From: Squalus acanthias
Lineage: Eukaryota
Assembly (NCBI GenBank): GCA_030390025.1
Contig: CM059432.1
Span: 116,004,001 to 116,068,000 of the forward strand
Reading direction: 5' to 3'
DNA: 64,000 nt
This document shows positions 48,225 to 60,319 of this stretch, piece after piece. Each line of letters begins with the position of its first letter. Position 1 is the first letter of the stretch. The notes under the pieces were generated by a model. The model saw only the letters and a program-made list of their open reading frames with translations. It ran no database searches and had not been told where the DNA came from. The position numbers were made by a program, and so were the translations under genes.

Positions 48225-48957
48225 CAACAACAACAACTTGTATTTATATAGCGCCTTTAACGTATTTATGTAGCACCTAAAACATCCCAGGGTGCTTCAC
48301 AGGAGCGTTAGCAAACAAAACCTGGCACCGAGCCACATAAGAGGAAGAAATTAGGGCAGGTGACCAAAAAGCTTGGTCAAAGAGGTAGGTTTTAAGAAGC
48401 ATCTTAAAGGAGGAGAGAGAGGTAGAGAGGCGGAGAGGTTTAGGCAGGGAGTTCCAGAGCTTAGGGCCTCGGTAGCTGAAGGCACAGCCACCAATGGTGG
48501 AGCGATTAAAATCGGGGATGCGCAAGAGGGCAGAATTGAAGGAGTGCAAACACACGGCGTTAAGGTAGGAAATTTCTAGGCCGATGTCTCCAGATTTAAA
48601 GTAATTGGTAGAAGGATTAGAGGGGGAGTTGAGGAGAACTTTTTTTTCACCCAGAGGGCGGTGGGGTCTGGAACTCACTGCCTGTAAGGGTGGTAGAGGC
48701 AGAAACTCTCATCACATTTAAAAAGTACTTGGATATGCACATGAAGTGCTGTAATCTGCAAGGCTATGGACCAAGAGCTGGAAAGTGGGATTAGGCTGTA
48801 TAGCTCTTTTTCGGCCAGCACAGATACGATGGGCTGAATGGCCTCCTTCTGTGCTGTAAATTTCTATGATTCTATGATCCAATGTGGGGCTGGATGAGAT
48901 TACAGAGATAGGGAAGGGCAAGGCCATGGAGGGATTTGAAAACAAGGATGAGAATTT
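48225..48957 (-). mobile_element. L2 3' end interrupted by a + strand CR1 3' fragment (about 48590-48880)
   Basis: L2 (TTG)n tail; CR1 (TTCTATGA)n tail. Confidence 0.8.
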
Positions 48958-49321
48958 TTTTTTCATTGTTCTTGGGATGTAGGTGATGCTGGAAAGGCTG
49001 CATTTATTGTCCATAGTTGCCCTGAGAAGGTGGTATTGGGCCTTCACCTTCTCCTTCACAAGAATGAATGGCAAAGCAGAGGTATTGCACTGGAACCATG
49101 AGCATCAGTGAGTCTCTAGCTGCATCTGTAGAAACCAATGGGTGTTTCATGTTGGTATTGGGCGCAAAGAGTGGAAACATGTTCCAGTCCCCACCACTGA
49201 CATCCATTACCTAAATGAGCACAAAAACTCACCAAAAAGAGAGTAAAACAGAAAATGCAAAGACCTGATTAAACGCGTATAATCAAAATAAAAAAAGGGT
49301 CATTTTGTTGTTGATTTGCAG

Positions 49322-49577
49322 TTTGGTGGCCGTGCCTTCTGTTGCCTAGGCCCTAAGCTCTGGAATTCCCTCCCTAAACCTCTCCGCCTTGCTACCTCTT
49401 TCCTCCTTTTAGACACTCCTTTAAACCTATCTCTTTGACCAAGCTTTTGGTCACCTACCCTAATTTATCCTTATGTGGTTCGGTGTCAAATTATTTGTCT
49501 TATAACACTCCTGTGAAGCGCCTTGGGACGTTTTACTACATTAAAGACACTATTTAAATACAAGTTGTTGTTGTTGA
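49322..49577 (+). mobile_element. L2 3' end
   Basis: LGPKLWNSLP motif and (TTG)n tail. Confidence 0.82.
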
Positions 49578-50152
49578 TATTGACAGCAAACTTTGCATAT
49601 GCAGCAGCTCTGCACCAGCAGGTACATATCATCATGGAATTTGATCCTTCTCCTCCCCCAAAATGTTAGTTGTGACGTATGAAGATCCAGTGTCAAGCAA
49701 TGCTAGAACAGAGCCTTAGATCCTGAAGAAAATGGGTCGAAGAAACTAATGACATAGAATTTTACAACACAGAATCAAGCAGCTAAATGAACCGTGATAA
49801 TTAAATGAGCAGCACACGTCATCATGTGCCTGCTCCTCATTAGAAGAGATCAAATATTATACAGATAATAAAGGCTATTTAAAAAAAAGGAACGAGGGTT
49901 TCAAGCGATTCAGTACATCATGACAACAGCCTTCTGATGCATGCTCCCTCACTGAAATTAATAGGAACATACTGTTTTCCAGAGCCATGCAATGAGTCAA
50001 CTCAACACTACACTTCCTGTAGAAGACACCAATCTGAATGACTCAGACATATCTTGAAAAGATTCAGTGAAATCACTGTGTTTCTATTGTTATCAGGACT
50101 GACAGTGTCACTGAAGCAAAGGTCATGATCTCGGTAACTGATTCATTCATTG

Positions 50153-50650
50153 AACAACAACAACTTGTATTTATATAGCGCCTTTAACGTAGTAAAACGT
50201 CCCAAGCCGCTGCAGAGGAGTGTTATAAGACAAAAAATTTGACACCGAGCCACATAAGGATAAATTAGGGCAGGTGACCAAAAGCTTGGCCAAAGAGGTA
50301 GGTTTTAAGGAGCATCTTAAAGGAGGAAAGAGAGGTAGTGAGGCGGAGAGATTTAGGGAGGGAATTCCAGAGCTTAGGGCCTAGGCAACAGAAGGCACGG
50401 CCACCAATGGCTGAGCGATTATAATCAGGGATGCTCAAGAGGACAGAATTAGAGGAGCGCAGATATCTCGGGGGGTTGTGGGGCTGAAGGAGATTACAGA
50501 AATAGGGAGGGGCGAGGCCATGGAGGGATTTGAAAACAAGGATGAGAATTTTGAAATCGAGGGGTTGCTTAACCGGGAGCCAATGTAGGTCAGCGAGCAC
50601 AGGGGAGATGGGTGAACGGGACTTGGTGCAAGTTAGGACACGGGCAGCCG
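50153..50650 (-). mobile_element. L2 3' end
   Basis: AARVLTCTKSRSPISPVLADLHWLPV...TYLF. Confidence 0.88.
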
Positions 50651-50974
50651 TGAAACAACACAGTGATAGAAGTTGGACAATGAGAACATAGAATTTAATC
50701 CAGTCATGACGATGTGTGTTATATCGGCTCTTGTCATGCGTGTGAGATGCTCTGCATTCTGTTTTGTCAGTTCCCTCCTCACTATTTTGTTCATGCAACT
50801 GTAACACAGCTTTCTCCGGACAGAGGCAGCAGGGAGCAGGCTGTGTCAGACTGTACTCAATTATTGCACAGAAGGAGACAAAGGTGGCAATCAACAGTAA
50901 TAAAAGCTTTATTACCCAAGATAATGTGAGTGAGTTGTCTATAGAACATCAACTATATATGCATAATATAATTT

Positions 50975-51425
50975 TTTTTAAATTCAATCACAGGATGTGG
51001 GCGTTGCTAGCAAGGCCGGCATTTATTGCCCATCCCTAGATGTCCTATGAGAAGGTGGTGGTGAGTCACCTTCTTGATTCTTTTTTCGTAGTGGTTTTTT
51101 ACAGCTGAATGGCTTGCTAGGCCATTTCAGAGGGCAGGTAAGAGTCAACCACATGGCTGTGGGTCTGGAGTCACATATAGGCCAGACCAGGTAAGGACGG
51201 TAGATTTCCTTCCCTAAAGGACATTAGTGAACCAGATGGGTTTTTACAACAATCCGGTAGTTTCATGGTCACCATTACTGATACTAGTTTTTTATTCCAG
51301 ATTTATTTAATTAACTGAATTTAATTTCCCCAGCTGTCATGGTGGGATTTGAACTCGCGTCTCCAGATCGTTAGTCCAGCCTCTGGATTACTAGCCCAGT
51401 AACATTACCACTATGCTACCATTCC
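50975..51425 (-). mobile_element. Full tRNA-derived SINE with LINE-B-derived 3' tail
   Basis: A/B boxes ggtagcatagtgg...gttcaaatccc; 3' end ggatgggcaataaatgc shared with LINE family B; decayed copy at about 55110-55500. Confidence 0.8.
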
Positions 51426-54083
51426 CTTAACTGGGTGGAATTTCCTGTGTATTTGCGCCCAGGGACACATGTAATAGGGGCATAAAGCAAATACCCGACG
51501 TCAAAGATCATTTTTCTGATGTATTATTGTGATTTTTTTAAAGCTTTTAAAATTTTTTATCCTCGCTGAGACCCGCACTGTATTTTCAACTTAATTGAAT
51601 ACATTTTTACGGCTTCAGTATGAGTCACATTGAAAATTGAAAAGCTTGCATAATTGCAGGCTCTTAAACATGAATGATGATTAGATGGCTTGAACTTTAA
51701 TTTGCATACTTAAAGAAGGAATATACGGTGCAAGTTCGGTGATTTCCCCAGATCCCAGTTGTTTACGCTGATTTCCACTTGTTTACACCAAATTTTACAT
51801 TCCAACTACAGTATTGTAATGAGATTGGCAGGAAATTTGGACGTAAATTGCTATCAGCAGAATGGGCGTAATTTCAGGTGTAACTTCCCAATTACGCCCT
51901 CCACAGGTTGCTGTAAGTTATTAATTGAGCTATTTTTACCTTAGGGAATCTTCAATGATATGGTATTTTTGTTGAATTTCCACCAGGAAAGACTATGTGG
52001 GGAGAGTTCCTCCGTGCACTTGGCATCCCAAAACATATCCTTCATAAATACATTCGTAACTTCACTACACCAAGTGCCCAGAGGAAATCACATCCTCACA
52101 ACCAAAAACAAAAGGTTTTGTAAATGTCACAACCACTTGCAGATAGCTACAGTGAGAGAGACACCCTTTAAATCTGGACACAGCATTTAGAAAATCTCTG
52201 ATTAACTGCTTGCTTAGCCTAAACCTCCTGACACACTGCTCCTCAGATTCTTCCTTCTTCTTTCTTAATAGCGCTGTGGCGTAAAAATTCTTGTATCAAT
52301 CCTAACTATTTTTTTGTGCACATTTATGAAATGTTTGCCTGGATCACATATGCGCACTGATCATATTGTTTCATCCTTCTTACCGAGAAGCTCATTTCTT
52401 GCCGTTTCCAGCAAATCTACAGATTTCCCTTTTATCAGCCTAGCAGAAGCTCCTCAACATATGAGCAGCACGATTGTGTGGAAAGTGGCTCCGTTGAAAT
52501 ATTATGCTTATTCTAGACTCTGGTTGCACACTCATTAATGGAGCTTTTGTGCGCACACCAAGAAACACATTCAGTAAGTAGGTCAAGTACCTATGACTGA
52601 GATTACTGATTGTATCAATACACTTGTTTACAACCTTCATTGCATCATATGAGCTGCTTCCCAATTGAAAGGGGTAATGCTAACAAAGTGGAGACGAGGC
52701 AACCAGTTACGAATAAGCCATTCATAGTTTAGTTGTTAAAATATTGTTGCTATGGGTGGCATGGTGCATTTGTAGCTCCAAGGAGGCCACCTACCCCTTG
52801 CAAAATAAGATTAAATAGGGTAGAGGTGCAAAGGGATCTAGGGGTACAGATTCACAAATCATTGAAGTGGGCTGTTGAAGATGAGGTAAGATTTATTTAA
52901 ATAAAAATTCAGGTGCCTTACAAAAGAGGCCGAAGTGGCCAACAAATCATTTTTCCAGGCAGGCGTGGAATGGGCACCCTCTAACCCTTGGAGAGTAGCT
53001 GGCACGGAAGTGCGGGGCAGTGGGCGGTTGAGATGTGCCTCTGGTGATACGGGCGGTCACTGGTTCCATGTAAATTAGGTGGCCCTACATACACTGGTGG
53101 GGTCAGCACTGTAAGGTACCAGAAGGCCCGATCCTGGGCACAGCCTATGCAAATTCAGGACTCTGCTCTCAGTGAGCTGACAATTCTGATCCCAGTGCTG
53201 TTTCTCTTCTCCAATCAGGACCCACCTCAGAAAAGCACAAAACTGTAGGACCTGACAGGAGACATAGAGCAGTCTGTCTATTTCGCCAACAGACCAGCTG
53301 TTTCTGCCAGCAGGTTGTTCAAAGCGATGTTTTTATTATCAGGAGCTGTTCCTTGGCCTGAAGTTGGGAATCAGGTGAAGACTTGGGACAGTCCAGTTCC
53401 AGATGATCAGACAATTACAAGGGCACAGCATTGATTTTACAAAACAAATTTTCAAATTAGTGAGCAAGCAAAATGTTTAGGGTCTAAGTGGAGCAGCAAG
53501 GTACAGCACTGGCCTTCCACCTAGAATCTCTGTTTAAGTGACTTATGCAAATATCTGTCCAGCGCTAATTCAGTATAAGTGACCATACCAGGTTTATCGT
53601 GCCAAATTAATGCTTCTTTTACACTACAGTTTTGACGTTAGTGCTGTATCCTCTCTGACCCCAACCCAAAACCAAACCTGCTGCATCAGTGCCAGCTGGT
53701 CTTGCAGTGGTTATGCTGGGCATCAGTTGTACTATAAAAGTAATGGTGTAATGTGTATCAAAAGAAAGTTAGGTTTTAACAATTAAAAAAGCAACTCAGG
53801 CAAACCACCGTACCACCATTCACAGTTTAATGCGATCAGCTTTTTTCAACCATCAAAAAGACTAATTGGCACTCAGAAGCCCATGAACAATGCTCTGTGC
53901 CGATGTTTAAATATACAGGGCACTTCCCTCCTTAACCTCACGGCGAAGCAAACAGGCATGGCAATAGCTCCCTGCTTGTGTTGCTGCTAAAGACAGACAC
54001 TGCACCACTTGCCACAGCGAAGAGAGGAATCTGATTATTGTAATGGGGTTTCTATTGATCCACACTGTACAAATTGTACTTAC

Positions 54084-54272
54084 AATCAACAGGAGACTTT
54101 TCTCCATGGTTTCTGCAACATCCAACATCTCGGCGCTATGGTCAAAACTACACAATTTAATTCCCATAGTGCTATGACCCAACAGCACCCACAAGTCAAG
54201 TTCTTCCCTTTGTCTATTCAGTAATGCCTCCTTTATCCTGGTGATAGTAAGCAATTGCACACTTTCCTGCAT
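54084..54272 (-). pseudogene. KIND-domain-like exon of putative KNDC1-like pseudogene
   Basis: MQESVQLLTITRIKEALLNRQREELDLWVLLGHSTMGIKLCSFDHSAEMLDVAETMEKSLLLI followed by a gtaagt donor. Resembles the recalled KIND start (SLAEALEVRGGPLQEEEIWAVLNQS). Confidence 0.5.
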
Positions 54273-55249
54273 TTCAGTATATCCTACATTAACAATGGAT
54301 CACGCAGACGGAAAATTTATTGGGACGTGCCTTTAATATGTCCTTGACATGGATATGCCAAGTGATTACTAACGGGACCATCTCTCCAGGCATCATGTTA
54401 AAGTGCCTCCTTGAGTTTGCTCAGCAGTTCTTTTCACTGTAATGTGCAGATAGGTCACTTCCTGGTGCTGTTCCCAGACTGTAAACTTTCTGTCAAATGT
54501 TACTCATTTATAGTGGTGATATTTCAATTTTGTTTGTTGAATTTAGAAAACAATTTTTACCAAGAGTGCCTTTCTATAGTATTGAATGCTGCTCAAAGCC
54601 TTCTTGTATGGAAGATTCCAACTGAGACAAGTTTCAGCTCGCTAATTCAGTAAACTCGAAGGGTTTATAAACTGAATAGCCATATCTAACACAGCATGAG
54701 GATGCAGCGGTTTCTCGACCACAGCGGAAATTAATGGTTACTCCAGTCTCATTTAATTGGCAGCAGGAAATTACTATTCCTTCATTTTATCCTCCTCGAC
54801 AAAAGTATAATTAGGGATGAAAGTTCCATTTTCTAGATGCTATAAAAGAGCAGGAAAGGATAGCAAGACTCACCAATCTTTATGTCCTGCGGGACACATA
54901 ATCTGTCAGTTATTTCTTTTTTAATTCCATTTTATAAAAAAAATTCAATTTTCTCTCTGTTCTCCACTCTTCCCCAAACATGCCGATTCTTTCTAGGGTG
55001 TGGTTTAATGATCACTAACAGCCCTCCAGTACCTCATTCATATGGGCATTCTTCAAGTGCAGGTGTTGGTAGGCTACTTGACCGTTAAAAACTCTTTGTT
55101 CTCGGGATCTGGCCGATGGCGACTAGGTGTCATTTATTGCCCATCCCTTGTTGCCCTGGTAGCAATTTTTTTTTATAACGGACTGGCTTGTTAGGCCACT
55201 GCAGAGAGCAGTAAAAGCCAAGTAAGAAGTGTTGGCTTGGAGTCACATG

Positions 55250-55396
55250 CAATGTTCCCCCTAATTTAAAATTTGGGTGCGCGGTCCCTTTAAGGGTCTG
55301 CGCGGCCCATTCAAAATTTCACATTGGAAAAGCTGGTCTTAGGCTGCGCGGGACCGGCCGACAGCTGCTCAGCCGAGCAGCTTCGAGGGAACATTG
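55250..55396. mobile_element. hAT-type MITE (147 bp) inside a SINE
   Basis: TIR CAATGTTCCC/GGGAACATTG; exact 8-bp TSD GTCACATG. Confidence 0.9.
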
Positions 55397-55569
55397 GTCA
55401 CATGTAGGCTAGACTGGCTAGAAGTGGTAGGTTCCCTTCTCTGAAGGCCATTCGTTGAACAATTGGGTTTTTACAACAATGTTGTGGCTTTGATTATTTT
55501 TCTTCTGGTACCAGTGCACAAATTTATTGATTTCAATTAACAGATTTATTGAATTCAATTACAATTTTT

Positions 55570-56088
55570 ATAGAATCATAGAATGATACCGCACAGGAGG
55601 TGACCATTCATCTCATCTCTTTGAAAAAGCTATCCAATTAATCCCATTTCCCTGCTCTTTCCTCATAACCCTTCAAATTTTTCCAATTCTCTTTTGAAAG
55701 TTATTATTGAATCTTCTTCCACCACCCTTTCAGGCAGTACATTCCAGATCATAACAACTTGCTACATGTAAAAAAAACTCATCTCGCCTCTTTTTTTTGC
55801 CAGTTACCTGAAATCTGTGTCCTCTGGTTACCAACCCTTTGCTCAGTGGAAACAGTTTCTAATTATTTACTCGATTAAAACCCTTCATGATTTTGAACAC
55901 CGCTATCAAATCTCCCCTTAACCGTCTCTGCGCTAAAGGACAACAACCCCAGCTTCTCTAGTCTCTCCACGTAACTGAAGTCCCTCATCCCCGGTACCAT
56001 TCTAGTAAATCTCCTCTGCACTCTTCCTAAAGTGTGGTGCCCAGAATTGGACACAATACTCCAGCCAGGGCCTAACCAGTGATTTATT
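55570..56088 (-). mobile_element. Old CR1 3' fragment
   Basis: VQRRFTRMVPGMRDFSYVERLEKLGL. Confidence 0.8.
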
Positions 56089-56799
56089 GGGCCAACATTT
56101 GCGATGGGAGGCTTCCCGCAGGCAGATGCCACCAACCTGCAAAAATTCTACAAATGTACCTGGTGGCCTGGGAGGTACGGAGTCTTGCAATCCTGGGCCT
56201 CTCCGGGTCCGTGCGGGCAGAGGTCCCCATATCCCAGGGATGCAGGCGGTACATAGGCGCCCCTGGGATCATGTGGACCGGCCCAACCAATAAAAGGGAA
56301 TCCCCATTCATACTTATTGGAATTGCGTACGTACGGAACTCCCATAAGTATGAATGGGGATCACTTAAAAAATACACCAACACATGAAATAAATTTTAAA
56401 AATTACATATTTTAAACTAATTAAAATGCCATTTAATTAAATATTTTAAACAAAAAATTAATTTTTTGAAAAGAATTATATGTTTTTACAGGGCTAAAAA
56501 TTATTGAAGAGTATTTTTAATTTATAAATGAGTGATATTTTTTAAAACTCTTATGCGGGTAAAAGCAGGCCTTACGCCTGCTTTTACCAGGCGTAAGAAT
56601 TTGACAGGCATTCAGCGGGCAGAAGTTGGGCAAATAGCGCAACTCTCCACCCGCAGAGGCACTTTTCCCGGGGATGCGGAGGATCCTTGACAGATCGCAA
56701 GTGCCGGGTTTTAGTGCATGCGCTTAGCGTGCCCAAACCCGGAACTTGCGCGGCCTCTACGGGAGCGTACACACCTGCAGGGGTCACAAAATACGGCCC
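56089..56799. mobile_element. Harbinger-type MITE family B (inverted relative to 18050-18821)
   Basis: GGGCCAACATTTG ... CAAAATACGGCCC; flanks ATT/ATA. Confidence 0.85.
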
Positions 56800-57509
56800 A
56801 TAATCTCTGTTCTAATGAAAAAAAGTATTTCTTCGTATTTGTATTTCCTCATACCAGGCAGCATCCTAGCAAATCTGTACGTGTACCCTCTCTATTACCT
56901 CAACATCCTTCCTATAGTGTGGAGCTCAAAACTGGAGTGCCCCAGCTCTCAAGTGTTGGAACCACGACGGATTCTAATTTACATTTGGATTCAGAAACTC
57001 AATGCAAATTGGTTAGATTTTCAGTTGATACCAAGCTATATGTGGCAGTGTTATTAAAAAAGGAGGTAGCCCAAAACTAACAGAATAAGTTAAAACAATT
57101 GAGTAGGCTGAACTGTGGCAGATGAAATTCAATGCAAACAAATGCAAAGTATTGCACACAGGAAGGGGGGGGGGGGTGGTGGAAACCAGACCTAAAATTC
57201 AGCTTGTGATTAACCCTTGGTTGCTCTTGTACACTTCGTACTCAACTACATCAGGAAAGCTGTATGGACTAGGAACACTGCAACCGAGGTTATTTTAACA
57301 ACAAGCTAAGAGAATTCTATCTAATGGATCAAAACTTACGTGTTCCTATTATTTTCAACAGAAATTTCATATTTGGAGGTTTAAATTTTTAACTGAAGCC
57401 ATTTGATCACCATTTTACAATGTGGAAGCCAAATTTAACTGGTACAATAATGTCACCAGAATGTTTGAGCAGGACCATTGGTTGTTCAGCACAGGTTCAA
57501 AATCTAGTC

Positions 57510-57515
57510 TTTATT
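57510..57515 (-). terminator. Candidate CNDP2 polyadenylation signal AATAAA
   Basis: tttatt on the + strand about 180 nt past the stop codon. Confidence 0.45.
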
Positions 57516-57693
57516 GCTTAACTGTAAGAAACAAAGCCAGTGTCTTTAATATTTAGTTTAATTGCACAGTGATGTACCTACTTCAATAACACATCATCCA
57601 GTTCCTAATAATGCAGTATACAAGTAAAGGAATCTTGTTGGATCTACAGTTTTAGAAAATCACTTCAGCAATTCTACCGACTCAGAACAGTTG

Positions 57694-57760
57694 TCACTTC
57701 AAAGAAGAAATTTCATGGAAGTAAGCACCAAGCACCTTGATTCCCTGAATGTAGTTGGTC
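57694..57760 (-). CDS. CNDP2: CNDP2 last coding exon (CDS part)
   Basis: Acceptor gtttctccaacag, then (R)TNYIQGIKVLGAYFHEISSLK*, matching the CNDP2 C-terminus [23 protein letters not shown]. Phase 2 fits the previous exon. Too short for the ORF track. Confidence 0.92.
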
Positions 57761-57799
57761 CTGTTGGAGAAACAACAATGATTAAAAAAATCCATAAAT

Positions 57800-58124
57800 T
57801 TAAGTCTCCTTCATTGCTTCACTCCTCCCCATCTCTATAACCTCCTCCAGCTCAAAAACCACTCCCTGAACTCTCCGTTCCTCGGACTCGGCCCGTTATG
57901 CATGCCCTCTGCCTTCGCGCCTCCATTGGTGGCAGTGCCTTCAGTCGCCCAGGCCCCACACTCTAATTCCCTCCTTAAACCTCTCCGCCTCCTTAAAACC
58001 TACCACTTTGACCAAGCTTTTGGTCATCACTCCTAATTTGGCTTGGAGTTCATTTTTTGATTACTCCTCTCAAGTGCTTTGAGACATTTAGCAAAAGTGC
58101 TCTATAAATGCAAATTGTTGTTGT
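57800..58124 (+). mobile_element. Old L2 3' end in the last CNDP2 intron
   Basis: Degenerate L2 tail. Confidence 0.7.
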
Positions 58125-58309
58125 ATAACTTTCAAAGTATTCTGCCAAATATTAATGGAAGTGCTGGAGCAGGTTAAAAAGTCTGAATGGCCACATTAAA
58201 ATGGATAAGATGCAAATACATACAATAATCCTTATGAAGTTGCATTTTTTTTAAAAAAAACATACACTTGGTGCTGGATTGTGATTGGTTACATAGATGC
58301 ACTTAATTG

Positions 58310-59045
58310 GGACATTGATGCATTTAAGGGGAAGCTAGATGAGTACATGAGGGAGAAAGGAATAGAAGGATATAGGGCCCTGGTGAGACCACACCTGGAG
58401 TATTGTGTACAGTTTTAGTCTCCTTACCTAAGGAAGGATATACTTGCCATAGAGGGAGTGCAACAAAGGTTCACCAGACTGGTTCCTGGGATGGGGGAAT
58501 TGTCCTATGAGGACAGATTGAGCAGACTAGGCCTATATTCTCTGGAGTTTAGAAGAATGAGAGGTGATCTCATTGAAACATACAAAATTCTTACAGGGCT
58601 TGACAGGGTAGATGCAGAGAGGCTGTTTCCCCTGGCTGGGGAGTCTAGAACCAGGGGTCACAGTCTCAGAATAAGGGGTCGGCCATTTATGATTGAGATG
58701 AGGAGAAATTTCTTCACTCAGAGGGTGGTGAATCTTTGGAATTCTCTACCCAGAGGGCTGTGGAGGCTCAGTCGTTGAGTATATTCAAGACAGAGATCGA
58801 TAGATTTTTGGATGTTAAAGGGAATCAAGGGATATGGGGATAGGGCAGGAAAGTGGAGATGAGGTAGAAGATCAGCTATGATCTTGAATGGCGGAGCAGG
58901 CTCGAAGGGCCAAATGGCCTACTCCTGCTCCTATTTCTTATGATAGGGTTAGATGAAGAAGGGCGGGAGGAGGCTCGTGTGGAGCATAAACACCAGCATG
59001 GACCAGTTGGGCCGAATGGCCTGTTTCTGTGCTGTAAATTGTATG
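58310..59045 (+). mobile_element. CR1 3' fragment (58373-58942) nested in an older CR1 tail
   Basis: ORF 58458-58778; older tail flanks both sides. Confidence 0.85.
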
Positions 59046-59694
59046 TTACACTTTTATTTTACTGATATATTCCTAGTTTCAGCTGTAAAACACAGGATTT
59101 TCATTCTTGAACACAGATTTCAACCTTTTGTCCAACTGGTGCAATTCTCACTGAGTATTTTGGCCATCCCTGCAGAGTGGAACAAAGAGGTTAAAGATAC
59201 ACCCAGTAACAGTAAGCTCCTGAATGAGAATGTATCCCTCAAATGTGGGTAACTGTGTATATCCCCCTCACGGGCAGTTTGTTATATAGATTGATGGTTT
59301 ATCAGGAGAGGTGAGAGGGGATTAAGAACATTAAGGGAATGGTGTACCAGTGCATATATAAAAGAATAGTGGACTAATGGGGCAATAACAGGAAATCTGA
59401 GATTTGTTTTTTGTGCGAGAGGAGAGATGACAAAAGCAGCTAGGATTCCTGCTCGTTATGCCAGCCTATGTGGACATCATATGAAGGCAGGGTCAGGCTT
59501 TGCTCGGTTTCCCTCTCCCAACAGGGGGCAGCAAAACCCATGGCACCACAGTCCAACACAAGTCTGTGCTTTCAGGAGGAACAGGGAGGGCAGGAAGAAC
59601 CTAAAGTTATTTCACAGGAACGTATTGCCAGGACCACTCAACCAACAAACTCAAGCAGACTCAGGAGGACAAGAACCAGAAAATAGTCCCTTAC

Positions 59695-59842
59695 CGGTTG
59701 ATTTTCTCATTCTGCGAATGAGCGCCATCATCTGCAGCTCCAATCGGCAGCAACATAACATTTTTCCCCGTGGCTTCCTGGAACGTCAGGGTAACTGGAA
59801 TGCTTCCACCTTCTCTGGTCATATCTGGTTCAACTCCGAATA
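59695..59842 (-). CDS. CNDP2: CNDP2 penultimate coding exon, 148 nt
   Basis: (V)[48 protein letters not shown](R), near-identical to CNDP2 including the M20 metal-ligand motif GAHSQNE. Acceptor ttcctgtgaag, donor CG|gtaagg; phases fit both neighbouring exons. Confidence 0.96.
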
Positions 59843-60074
59843 CTTCACAGGAAGAAAAGTTTGTATATTTTACACTTAAAACAGGGTTAAAGCGAGACAA
59901 ATTGCAGCATCCATTACTCGTGCTCCAATTATCCGTTAGAATTTTGACAGGGCAGAGCCTTGCATAAGATGCTGCCTCATTGCTCAGATCAACACCACCA
60001 ACCTCACAGCTCAAGAAAAGGTCAAATTCAATTTGTGATTTGTTTTGTATTCTCTTCATTCCTGTATCCTGTAT

Positions 60075-60319
60075 TCCGGTGGCCGTGCCTTCTGTTGCCT
60101 AGGCCCTAAGCTCTGGAATTCCCTGTCTAAACCTCTCCGCCTCGCTACCTCTTTCCTCCTTTAGGACACTCCTTAAAAACTAACTCTTTGACCAAGCTTT
60201 TGGTCACCTGCCCTAATTTATCCTTATGTGCCTCGGTGTCAAATTTTTTGTCTTAAAATACTCCTGTGCAGCCCCTTGGGACATTTTAAAGGCGCTATAT
60301 AAATACAAGTTGTTGTTGT
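60075..60319 (+). mobile_element. L2 3' end
   Basis: Same family as 49322-49577. Confidence 0.82.

Noticed and set aside
50660..50894. Possible second half of a KIND domain (FCAIIEYSLTQP)
   Set aside because: Similarity too weak and splice sites ambiguous; the ORF length comes from the fused L2 tail.
59843..60059. N-terminal part of ORF 59691-60059
   Set aside because: Intronic read-through upstream of the CNDP2 splice acceptor.
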